Below, one piece after another: positions 10,211-18,360 of a DNA stretch of 64,000 nucleotides. The stretch's first letter is position 1, and every line of letters begins with the position of its first letter. Origin of the DNA: Candidatus Onthovivens sp. (GTDB taxonomy: Bacteria; Bacillota_I; Bacilli_A; RFN20; CAG-826). The DNA lies in contig JAXDXW010000016.1 in assembly GCA_034087725.1 (NCBI GenBank), forward strand, positions 1,586-65,585, given 5' to 3'. A program made the translations under genes and the position numbers. The notes under the pieces were generated by a model. It worked only from the letters and a program-made list of their open reading frames with translations. It was not told the origin of the DNA and searched no databases.

Positions 10211-13200
10211 ATGAAAAAACATTTACTCAGTTTGTCGGTGTTTAGTGCTTTTGCTCTTTTTTCATTAGGTTTTGTCGGAACAAAATCTTATGCAAATGAA
10301 GCGACTGCTTTAAATGATGAAGTAATGGTTATTTCAAAAGAAAATGTTGATAACGAAGACCTCTTAAGAGATATTCGTAGTATATGCGGTTACAATTTCA
10401 AAATAACTAATACTTTTACTGGCATTGTTAACGGTTATAAAATTCAAGTAAATGAAAACTACTTACCATACTTAAGAAAATTGAATAGTGTTGAAACAGT
10501 AAGTCATGATAATGTAGTTGCTACTCAAAGTGCTGATGAATACAAAGATTACACTTCAGCTCTTATGACAGAGGCTCCAGAAAATGATTCACTTGCAGAT
10601 ATGCATGTTTCGTCAAAAGCCGGTTCTCGTAGAGGCGAAGGAACACTTATTGCTGTCTTAGACTCTTCTTTTAGTTATAAACATAACGCTTTCAAAGATT
10701 TTGATGCAAGTGAAAATGTTCAAACTAAATTATCACAAGATGATGTTTCTTCAATTAAATCTACTAAAGGTTTTCATGCACCAAATGGTCAATACATTAA
10801 TTCAAAAGTACCTTACGTTTGGGATTACGGCGGAACTTTAACATATAGTGAAGATAACGGCTATAGTGCAAGTAAAGAAGATGCGATTGTTGAATCTACT
10901 TATTCAGATCATGGAATGCACGTTTCAAGTATCGCTTCAGCAAACGGTCAATTTGAAGGTGTTGCACCATATGCTCAACTAGCTTTCTTAAAAGTTTTTG
11001 GTGAAGTTACAAACATTAGATCTACTGCATGTTTAGAATCAATGATTGTTAATGCGCTAAATGATGCTTATTATTTAGGCGCAGATGTAATTAATATGTC
11101 TTTAGGTAGTGATTTAAATGAATTTACTAGAGAAGATGAAAAGAGTGCAAGCGTTATAGCTTGTAATAGATTAAAAGATGCTGGTGTTGTAATTTCAGTT
11201 GCTGCTGGTAACTCTGGTAAAGGAAATTGGTCTCAATCTGGTGCTTATGCATTTGATACAACACAAACTATTGAGCAAGGTATATTAGGATCATATGCAA
11301 CATACGATGCTACAACCGTTGTTGCAGCCTCAACATTATCAAATGACTCTTCAAATAAAGGTTCTTATTCTTATGATGGACATACTTTCCAAGGAAATGA
11401 CCAAGTAGTAAATAGAACAACTTCAAGTGGAGAGACTAAGTTTAAAACTCAAAAACCATTTTATTCATTGATTAAAGAAGGCGAAAGATTTGCTGAAATT
11501 GAATATGTTATGGTACCTGGAGTTGGTGCTGTTCCAACCGATATTTCATCAGACGATCCATCCAAGGTTTTCGAGGATGATTATGCTAATATCGATGTAA
11601 CCGGTAAAATTGCTGTTGTTGAAAGAGGTGATATCGCTTTCTCAGCTAAAGTTAAAAATGCTCATGATCATGGAGCTATAGGCTGTATTATTTATAACCA
11701 TACAAGTGATACAATGGGTTATTTTGATTTATCATCTGCTAACGAGGATGACTTAATTCCTACGTTAGGAGTTGGACACGAAACTGGTGTTGAATTAGGC
11801 GAAGCTGATAATAAGATTATTACAATTTCAGTTGATAGAACTGCAGATTTCTCATCTGACGGTATGCTAGCTGATTTAACAATTAAACCAGAAATTACAA
11901 CTCCAGGACAAAATATTGCTGGTGCTGTTAATTTGGATGCATCTGGTAGAACATCCTACAACACATATGCATATTATAATGGTACATCCATGGCAACACC
12001 TAACTTTACTGGCGTTGTCTCTTCGCTATTAGCTGCTCAACAATTTGAGACAGAAGAAGAAAAATTAGCTTATAAACATACAATTACAACTCGTTTAATG
12101 ACAACTGCAGATCCATTGCTCCAAAGTGATGGAACTCCTGTTGCTGTTAGAAAGCAAGGCGCAGGTCTTGTTAACTTAGATGAAGCATTAAGCGGTATGT
12201 ACTTAGAAAGCGATGCTGGAAATGGTAAAGTTGAATTAAAGAATAACGCTGACATCGCTGCAGGAATTATCGATTTCAACGTAACAATCCATAACCCAGA
12301 TAAATTAACATCTAAATGGGATGCTTTATTAGAAGTTACTATTCCTGATACAGAATATTTAGATGGTGCATCATTCCCTAAATATAAAGGTGTTAAGATG
12401 CAATCTACAAATCAATATAGATTAGGATCATCTGAATTTGAGGTTCAATTAACAGGTGAAGAAACTCAAACCGTTCATGTTAGATATGAATTAAGCAAAG
12501 CTCAAAAAGCATATATTGATTCAATTTATGAAGATGGTATTCAAGTTGAAGGATTCTTGAATTTAACATCTCAAACCGAAGGTGAACCAACATTATCAAT
12601 CCCTTACTTAGGATTCTACGGTGATTTCTCCAAAGGTGATGCTGTCGAACCATTTGATTTCGAAAAAGAAGAAGGCAAGATTTATGGATCTGACTTACTT
12701 AATAGTTTAATGACGGACACTGGATTAAATAGACCTAATTCATCATTTGGCTCATGTGTATTTGTTAGTGGCGGAGGCATTGAAGGTGTTTCTTTAGAAG
12801 GCATTTTAAACAATACTGTTAAACCATATTCATTATACACACCTATTAAAACTACAAAAATAGGTGATACGTATACAATGTATGCTGGTGCTACTGGATA
12901 TGCTGACACAATTGCATTTATGCAATTTGTCAATAGAACAGTCGTTGACAATGTTATCTATCTTAAAGATAGAATGGGAAATACTGTATTAACTGATCAC
13001 ATGTTTGACAGCTTATTTGGCTCAGAAGATGTTTACACACTTTATAAATCACGTGCATCTACTGACTTGACTTCAGGTGATACATATCTCATTGCTCATA
13101 GAGCTTACACAATTATTCCTTTAACTGATTATGCTGATGGAACATATACAATTGAATTCCACTACACATTAGCAAGTGGAGATACACAAACTAAGATTTA

Positions 13201-13927
13201 TAAGTTAAATATTTCTAAAGACGCTACTGTTGGCTCGAGTTCTTACTTTGATTATAGTTCTTCAAGTAACACCTTTGAAATCGATTATTCTGAATCAATT
13301 TACGATGTTATTTGTACCGGAGCACAAGATATTAAAGTTGATGGCAGCAAAATCACAATCAATTTAGGAAAGCTTCAATTAAAGAACAATATTAGTTTCA
13401 AGATTGTTCAAGATAATTACATTTCAATTACTGGAATTATTAATCCTGATGGCACTGCAGTTCTTTTAACTCAAGAAGTTGATGTTGGCGCAAAATTCCG
13501 TTTATCTGCTCAAGAGGACTTTACAAGTGCTAATGGTAAAGTAAGTGGTACTTTATACACAGTCACTCTCTACGGTGCTGATAATAAGAAAGTTACTTTA
13601 AAGAAATCTTACACAATCTTATTAGATACAAATGCGGCAGCATTTACCGGAGCAAAGAATGCTACAGTTTATGAAGTAAACGCAAAAAATCAAACTGTTA
13701 CAAATAAGAATACTTCATTATCTGATAGCGGAGTCTTAAAGATAACTACAAATTATCCTAAATTCTTAATCGGCGTTAAAGGCGGCTCTAATCAACCTTC
13801 AGGCGGTAACGGCGGAGGCTGCGGTGGAAGTGTTATCGCTACTTCTGTAGTACTTGCAACTATTGCATTGGGCGCTGGTGTTCTTGGTGTTTCATATAAA
13901 CACAGTAAGAATAAAAAAGAAGACTAA
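10211..13927 (+). CDS. Subtilisin-like S8 serine protease (lactocepin/C5a-peptidase architecture) with PA domain and C-terminal membrane anchor
   Basis: RBS GGAGAAGGAGGA and a signal peptide. Catalytic motifs are AVLDSSF (Asp), SDHGMHVSS (His), AAGNSG and NGTSMATP (Ser). PA insert KIAVVERGDIAFSAKVKNAHDHGAIGCIIYN. The protein ends with GGNGGGCGGS, a TM helix and KHSKNKKED. No LPXTG motif. Confidence 0.9.
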   Translation: MKKHLLSLSVFSAFALFSLGFVGTKSYANEATALNDEVMVISKENVDNEDLLRDIRSICGYNFKITNTFTGIVNGYKIQVNENYLPYLRKLNSVETVSHDNVVATQSADEYKDYTSALMTEAPENDSLADMHVSSKAGSRRGEGTLIAVLDSSFSYKHNAFKDFDASENVQTKLSQDDVSSIKSTKGFHAPNGQYINSKVPYVWDYGGTLTYSEDNGYSASKEDAIVESTYSDHGMHVSSIASANGQFEGVAPYAQLAFLKVFGEVTNIRSTACLESMIVNALNDAYYLGADVINMSLGSDLNEFTREDEKSASVIACNRLKDAGVVISVAAGNSGKGNWSQSGAYAFDTTQTIEQGILGSYATYDATTVVAASTLSNDSSNKGSYSYDGHTFQGNDQVVNRTTSSGETKFKTQKPFYSLIKEGERFAEIEYVMVPGVGAVPTDISSDDPSKVFEDDYANIDVTGKIAVVERGDIAFSAKVKNAHDHGAIGCIIYNHTSDTMGYFDLSSANEDDLIPTLGVGHETGVELGEADNKIITISVDRTADFSSDGMLADLTIKPEITTPGQNIAGAVNLDASGRTSYNTYAYYNGTSMATPNFTGVVSSLLAAQQFETEEEKLAYKHTITTRLMTTADPLLQSDGTPVAVRKQGAGLVNLDEALSGMYLESDAGNGKVELKNNADIAAGIIDFNVTIHNPDKLTSKWDALLEVTIPDTEYLDGASFPKYKGVKMQSTNQYRLGSSEFEVQLTGEETQTVHVRYELSKAQKAYIDSIYEDGIQVEGFLNLTSQTEGEPTLSIPYLGFYGDFSKGDAVEPFDFEKEEGKIYGSDLLNSLMTDTGLNRPNSSFGSCVFVSGGGIEGVSLEGILNNTVKPYSLYTPIKTTKIGDTYTMYAGATGYADTIAFMQFVNRTVVDNVIYLKDRMGNTVLTDHMFDSLFGSEDVYTLYKSRASTDLTSGDTYLIAHRAYTIIPLTDYADGTYTIEFHYTLASGDTQTKIYKLNISKDATVGSSSYFDYSSSSNTFEIDYSESIYDVICTGAQDIKVDGSKITINLGKLQLKNNISFKIVQDNYISITGIINPDGTAVLLTQEVDVGAKFRLSAQEDFTSANGKVSGTLYTVTLYGADNKKVTLKKSYTILLDTNAAAFTGAKNATVYEVNAKNQTVTNKNTSLSDSGVLKITTNYPKFLIGVKGGSNQPSGGNGGGCGGSVIATSVVLATIALGAGVLGVSYKHSKNKKED

Positions 13928-13947
13928 TTAGAATTTTATTAAAAGAG

Positions 13948-13976
13948 AAAGAACTAGAGAATTCTAGTTCTTTTTT
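13948..13976 (+). terminator. Rho-independent terminator
   Basis: Stem GAACTAGA/TCTAGTTC with loop GAAT, followed by TTTTTT. Confidence 0.8.
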
Positions 13977-14054
13977 GTAGTTTATAAAAAAGGAATTTAA
14001 TGATATTATTATTAAGCAAAGTGTTTTTAATTTATTTTTATTTAATTTATCAAA

Positions 14055-14088
14055 TTTTAAAAAAATATTTGAGTTTTGCAGGGTTTTT
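14055..14088 (-). repeat. Dispersed 34-bp element copy (AAAAACCCTGCAAAACTCAAATATTTTTTTAAAA)
   Basis: 32/34 identical to the copy at 52431. Intergenic, ending 21 nt upstream of the whiA ATG. Confidence 0.85.
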
Positions 14089-14108
14089 ATTTAAAATAGC
14101 GAGTTTTT

Positions 14109-15068
14109 ATGGAAAAAATTACAAGTTTTACACAAGAAATCAAGGAAGAAATTTGCTCACTAAAAGAACTAGATTTTGAAAAATCTATTTCTTTACTTTC
14201 TGCATACATTAGAGCAAACGGATCTTTAGTCTTTAAAGGAGGACATGATTACATTGTTTTAGAATCCGAAAACGCAAAAACAGTTAAATTCATTTATCAA
14301 TTACTTAGAGACATTTTAAAAAATGTTGATGTTCATTTCTCATACAAAAGAACTATGAAGTTGAACAAAAACACTAAGTTTGTTTTAGAAATAAATAACG
14401 CAAAAGAATGTGCAGAATTTTTGAAATTAGATTTTTTAGAAAGTAAAATCCCTTATAGACTTACAGATAAACAAAATAAAATTAAAGGTTATTTTATGGG
14501 GTTATTTTTAGCTTGTGGATCTTGCAATGACCCAATTAGTACAAATTATCATCTTGAATTAGCTTTAAAAGATGAAGATTTTGCTCAGGCAATTTGTAAA
14601 TTATCTACAAAAATTAAATCAGTTAATTTTAATTTCAAAATAATAAAAAGACGTAATAATTTTATCGTTTATTTGAAGAAATCTGATTTAATTAGTGATT
14701 TTTTAGCTTTTATAGAAGCACAAGAAAGCTGTTTGAAATTTGAAGATGTAAGAGTAGAAAGAGACTTTTCTAATATTAATAATAGATTAATTAATTGCGA
14801 CTCATATAATTATAAGAAAACAATTCAAAACTCTAACAAGCAAATTGAGATGATTAATTTCATAGATGCAAAATTAGGAATTAAAAACATTTCTAATTCA
14901 AAGATTAAAGAATTGTGTTTGTTACGAATTGAATATCCAGAAGCGAATTATGTTGATTTAGCCCAATTTTTAGGTGAGAAATTTGGGATTTCAGTTTCTA
15001 AAAGTAGTGTTAACCATTTATTTAGAGCAATAAAAGATATGGCGAGGTCTTTAGGATATGAAAATTGA
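14109..15068 (+). CDS. whiA: DNA-binding protein WhiA
   Basis: Length and sequence are typical of WhiA (ICSLKELDFEKSISLLSAYIRANGSL, LAGLIDADG-like core, C-terminal HTH). It ends at a TGA stop. Confidence 0.85.
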   Translation: MEKITSFTQEIKEEICSLKELDFEKSISLLSAYIRANGSLVFKGGHDYIVLESENAKTVKFIYQLLRDILKNVDVHFSYKRTMKLNKNTKFVLEINNAKECAEFLKLDFLESKIPYRLTDKQNKIKGYFMGLFLACGSCNDPISTNYHLELALKDEDFAQAICKLSTKIKSVNFNFKIIKRRNNFIVYLKKSDLISDFLAFIEAQESCLKFEDVRVERDFSNINNRLINCDSYNYKKTIQNSNKQIEMINFIDAKLGIKNISNSKIKELCLLRIEYPEANYVDLAQFLGEKFGISVSKSSVNHLFRAIKDMARSLGYEN

Positions 15069-15282
15069 ACATATTGATATTAATTATGAGTTCGGGAAAA
15101 GAATTAAATACTTAAGAAAACTGAAAAAAATATCCCAGGAAGAACTAGCATTTAGATGCAATCTTAATAAAAACTATTTAGGCGATGTAGAAAGAGGAAA
15201 AAGAAATCCAACCCTGATGGTTATAGAGAAAATAGCTTCAGGGCTGGATATATCATTAGCAGAATTGTTTTTAGGGATGTAA
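15058..15282 (+). CDS. XRE-family helix-turn-helix transcriptional regulator
   Basis: HTH_3 pattern IKYLRKLKKISQEELAFRCNLNKNYLGDVERGKRNPTL. It overlaps the whiA 3' end by 11 nt. Confidence 0.8.
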   Translation: MKIEHIDINYEFGKRIKYLRKLKKISQEELAFRCNLNKNYLGDVERGKRNPTLMVIEKIASGLDISLAELFLGM

Positions 15283-17175
15283 TTACAACTTTATTTTATT
15301 TATTCTTAATGCGTTTAAAATACAAATTAATGTGACTCCAACATCACCAAATATTGCTAACCACATTGCAAATTGTCCAAGAATACCGGTTGTTGTAAGA
15401 ATTAATATTAAAACTTTTATACCTATACTGAAAATCATATTTTCATATACTATATAAATTGTTCGTTTAGCTAATTTTTTTAATTTATTAATACAACTAA
15501 GATCGTCGTTCATTATTACTATATCACTTGCCTCGATTGCAGCCTGACTGCCAATAAGACCCATAGAAATGCCAATATCAGCTTTCTTTAGACTTATAGC
15601 ATCATTTATACCATCCCCGACGAAGCCTACAACGTCTTTTTTATCCTTATTTTCTAATATTGTATCGAGTATTTTGGCTTTATCAGTAGGAAGAAGATTA
15701 GAATAAACATGTTGAATATTACAAGATGATGCAACCTCATTGGCTACATCTTGATTGTCACCTGTTAACATGTAAACATCGTTAATTTTATATTCACTGA
15801 ATTGCTTAATTGCTTCTTGTGATGTTTCTTTTAATGTATCCTTAATGACAATAAAGCCTAAAAATTGATTGTCGTAACTAACATAAACAATTGTGCCAAT
15901 ATCATTAGATTTAGTATAACTAATGTTATTTTCTTCCATTAATTTTTCATTACCTGAAAGAAGTCTTTTACCATCATAAAGTAGAGAAACACCCTTGCCA
16001 TCAACGAGTGTGTAGTCGCTTATTTTACTTTCTTCAACGATATATGGAGTACCACTTTTTATTGCGATCGCGATTGGATGAGAAGAGTAAAATTCTGAAA
16101 TTTTAGCGAATTTTAAGACACTTTTGTCTGTAAAATCTTGGATTTTTGCGATTTCAAAATTTCCCTTGGTGATAGTCCCTGTTTTATCCAAAACAAGTTT
16201 ATTTAACTTATTTAATTTTTCTAAATAGATACTTCCTTTAATTAATGACTTATATTTGGAAGCATGACCAATACTTACAAAATAGGCCATAGGAACTGAA
16301 ATAACTAAAGAGCAAGGACAGCTAACAACTAAAAAAGAAGCTCCTTTGTAAATCCAATCTGACCAAACTTCCAAACTACTATAATTAATAATAAGAGGTG
16401 GAAAAATTGAAACAATGAAAGCTAAAATTACAACAATAGGTGTGTAATATTTAGAAAATTTTGAAATAAATTTTTCTTCTTTAGTTTTAACGTTCGTTGC
16501 GTTTTCGACCATTTCTAATACTTGAGATACTGTTGAATTGAAAAAAGTAGTATTTGACTTAATAATTAAAGGAGATGTTAAATTAATAACACCACTTATT
16601 ACATTATCGTTTATTGTTACATCTTTTGGTAAACTTTCTCCTGTCATAGAGCTTGTGTCTAAAGAAGATGATCCGCTTATAATTGTTCCATCAAGAGGTA
16701 TTCTTTCTCCTGGTTTTACTATAATAATATCTCCTTCTTTAGCAGAAAACGGATCAATAATTTCTTCTTTTCCATCTTTATAAAGAGTTACCTTATCAGG
16801 ACGAATCGACATAATATCTTTTAAACTATCCTGTGATTTTTTATAGCCTAAATCTTCGATGAATTCTCCCCATTTGAAGAATGTAATAATTGCAAGGCTT
16901 TCAACATAGTCTCCTATGCAGAATGCTGCAATTGTCGCTAATAATGTAAGTGTTATCTCGTCAAAAAATTGTTTATTTAAAATATGTCTAAACATTTTTA
17001 TGAAGAGATCATACGCTAATAGCAAATAAAAAAATAAACATATTGGTAAAATTATTACATTATCAACTACATTGTTGGCAATTGAATCATTCCCATATAA
17101 TAAGTGCATTATAAGCAATATCACTAAAGAAATAGAAACAATAATATTTTTAAATAAAGTTATTTTCTTTTTCAT
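15283..17175 (-). CDS. Heavy-metal (Cd/Zn/Co-type) P1B ATPase without fused metal-binding domain
   Basis: CPC motif (SCPCSLVISVP), DKTGTIT, MLTGDN and GDGINDA. Its start overlaps the stop of the upstream HMA gene (TAATG). Confidence 0.88.
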   Translation of the reverse strand: MKKKITLFKNIIVSISLVILLIMHLLYGNDSIANNVVDNVIILPICLFFYLLLAYDLFIKMFRHILNKQFFDEITLTLLATIAAFCIGDYVESLAIITFFKWGEFIEDLGYKKSQDSLKDIMSIRPDKVTLYKDGKEEIIDPFSAKEGDIIIVKPGERIPLDGTIISGSSSLDTSSMTGESLPKDVTINDNVISGVINLTSPLIIKSNTTFFNSTVSQVLEMVENATNVKTKEEKFISKFSKYYTPIVVILAFIVSIFPPLIINYSSLEVWSDWIYKGASFLVVSCPCSLVISVPMAYFVSIGHASKYKSLIKGSIYLEKLNKLNKLVLDKTGTITKGNFEIAKIQDFTDKSVLKFAKISEFYSSHPIAIAIKSGTPYIVEESKISDYTLVDGKGVSLLYDGKRLLSGNEKLMEENNISYTKSNDIGTIVYVSYDNQFLGFIVIKDTLKETSQEAIKQFSEYKINDVYMLTGDNQDVANEVASSCNIQHVYSNLLPTDKAKILDTILENKDKKDVVGFVGDGINDAISLKKADIGISMGLIGSQAAIEASDIVIMNDDLSCINKLKKLAKRTIYIVYENMIFSIGIKVLILILTTTGILGQFAMWLAIFGDVGVTLICILNALRINKIKL

Positions 17176-17390
17176 TATCTAATACGTGTTAAGCTAACTC
17201 CGTCCTCAAAAACCCTGCAGATCTCAACTATTTTTTCAAAATTTAAAGAGTCTGTATGTTCTAAAATCATTTTTTTATTCATAAAATTTATAGTGCAAGT
17301 TGTAACGCCTTCTACTTTAGAAATTTTTCTAGATAATATTTCTGCACAGTTTGCACAATCTAATCCACTTACTAAAAATACTTTTGTCAT
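17175..17390 (-). CDS. Heavy-metal-associated (HMA) domain protein, stand-alone
   Basis: GLDCANCAEILSRKI CxxC metal-binding motif in a 71-aa protein. Confidence 0.8.
   Translation of the reverse strand: MTKVFLVSGLDCANCAEILSRKISKVEGVTTCTINFMNKKMILEHTDSLNFEKIVEICRVFEDGVSLTRIR
17208..17241 (+). repeat. Dispersed 34-bp element copy (AAAAACCCTGCAGATCTCAACTATTTTTTCAAAA)
   Basis: 32/34 identical to the copy at 52431. It lies antisense inside the HMA CDS. Confidence 0.85.
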
Positions 17391-17392
17391 TG

Positions 17393-17728
17393 TTAATGAT
17401 CCTCCTTAAGGTGCTTTCGTGCTGTCTCGATGATAATGGAGACATGTTCATCGTCCAGCGAATATATTACATTTTTGCCAATTTTCTTGTACTTAACTAA
17501 TTTATTATCTTTTAAGGTTTTTAATTGATGTGAAATTGCTGACTTTGTCATTTCCAGAGCGACACAAAGTTCGCTTACAGTCATTGATCTCGTATCTAAA
17601 GCCCAAAGGATTTTTATTCTTGTTGAATCTCCAAAGACTTTAAAAAAATCAGATATATCATAAATTTCCCTTTCGTTTATCATCTCTTTTTTAATAGAAG
17701 ATATTTTTTTATTTAATGTTTCCGCCAT
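17393..17728 (-). CDS. ArsR/SmtB-family metalloregulator (CadC-like)
   Basis: FKVFGDSTRIKILWAL..SELCVALEMTKSAISHQLKTLKDNKLV winged-HTH signature. RBS AGAGGAGAGGAG. Confidence 0.85.
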   Translation of the reverse strand: MAETLNKKISSIKKEMINEREIYDISDFFKVFGDSTRIKILWALDTRSMTVSELCVALEMTKSAISHQLKTLKDNKLVKYKKIGKNVIYSLDDEHVSIIIETARKHLKEDH

Positions 17729-17751
17729 TGCTCCTCTCCTCTTTATTAATT

Positions 17752-17781
17752 ATCATAGTTGAGCAACTATTCAACTGTCAA
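17752..17781 (-). promoter_or_regulatory. arsR-operon promoter with embedded palindromic operator
   Basis: On the minus strand: TTGACA (17776-17781), an 18-nt spacer, then TATGAT (17752-17757). The perfect 7-2-7 palindrome ATAGTTGAGCAACTAT (17755-17770) fills the spacer and overlaps the -10. Confidence 0.55.
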
Positions 17782-17833
17782 GAAATAAATGCATATAATG
17801 CAAAAGATTTATCATTTCTTGTATAATGTTTTT

Positions 17834-18358
17834 ATGAAAAACATAATTATTTATAAAACTAATACCGGTTTCACAAAAGAGTATGCAGAAATGCTTGCGC
17901 GAAGGATTGATGGAGAAGTGATACCGGTAAATAAACTAAAAACTAAAACACTTAAAGAAGCAGATAACATTTTTTATGGTGGCCCACTAAGAAATAACGT
18001 CATTTTAGGAATCAATAAGTTTCTTAAAAAATATAACGTCTATAAGGATAAAAATATTTTTATATTTGCTGTTGGCATACAACCAGAAGATAGTGAAAAA
18101 AGGGAAAATGTAATTGCGGCAAATGGATTAGATTTGTATCATGTAAGACTATATTTTTTGCTTGGAGGTATGGACTTAAATAGAATGAGTAAAATTAAAA
18201 GATTTTTTATTGCTCAAGGGATGAAAATGGCTTCCAAACAACAAGGGATTAGTGAGGACTTAATTAAATCTAGGCTTGAAAATCCAATAAATATGGTTAA
18301 TTCATCTAATTTGGATAAAATGGTAGATGTTTATAGAAGGGTTATAGTTCGAAAATAA
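17834..18358 (+). CDS. Flavodoxin-like domain protein
   Basis: MKNIIIYKTNTGFTKEYAEMLARRI is a flavodoxin-fold N-terminus. I prefer the ATG at 17834 to the track start at 17789. TATAAT (17822-17827) lies 6 nt upstream. Confidence 0.65.
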   Translation: MKNIIIYKTNTGFTKEYAEMLARRIDGEVIPVNKLKTKTLKEADNIFYGGPLRNNVILGINKFLKKYNVYKDKNIFIFAVGIQPEDSEKRENVIAANGLDLYHVRLYFLLGGMDLNRMSKIKRFFIAQGMKMASKQQGISEDLIKSRLENPINMVNSSNLDKMVDVYRRVIVRK

Positions 18359-18360
18359 GC

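Noticed and set aside
14069-14097. The reverse complement of the dispersed motif acting as a promoter. At whiA it reads TTGAGT-17-TAAAAT, ending 11 nt before the ATG.
   Set aside because: This may be true for this single copy. At the other copies (for example 36286, 39251, 42793) no suitably spaced -10 follows the TTGACT/TTGAGT hexamer, so promoter function cannot explain the family.
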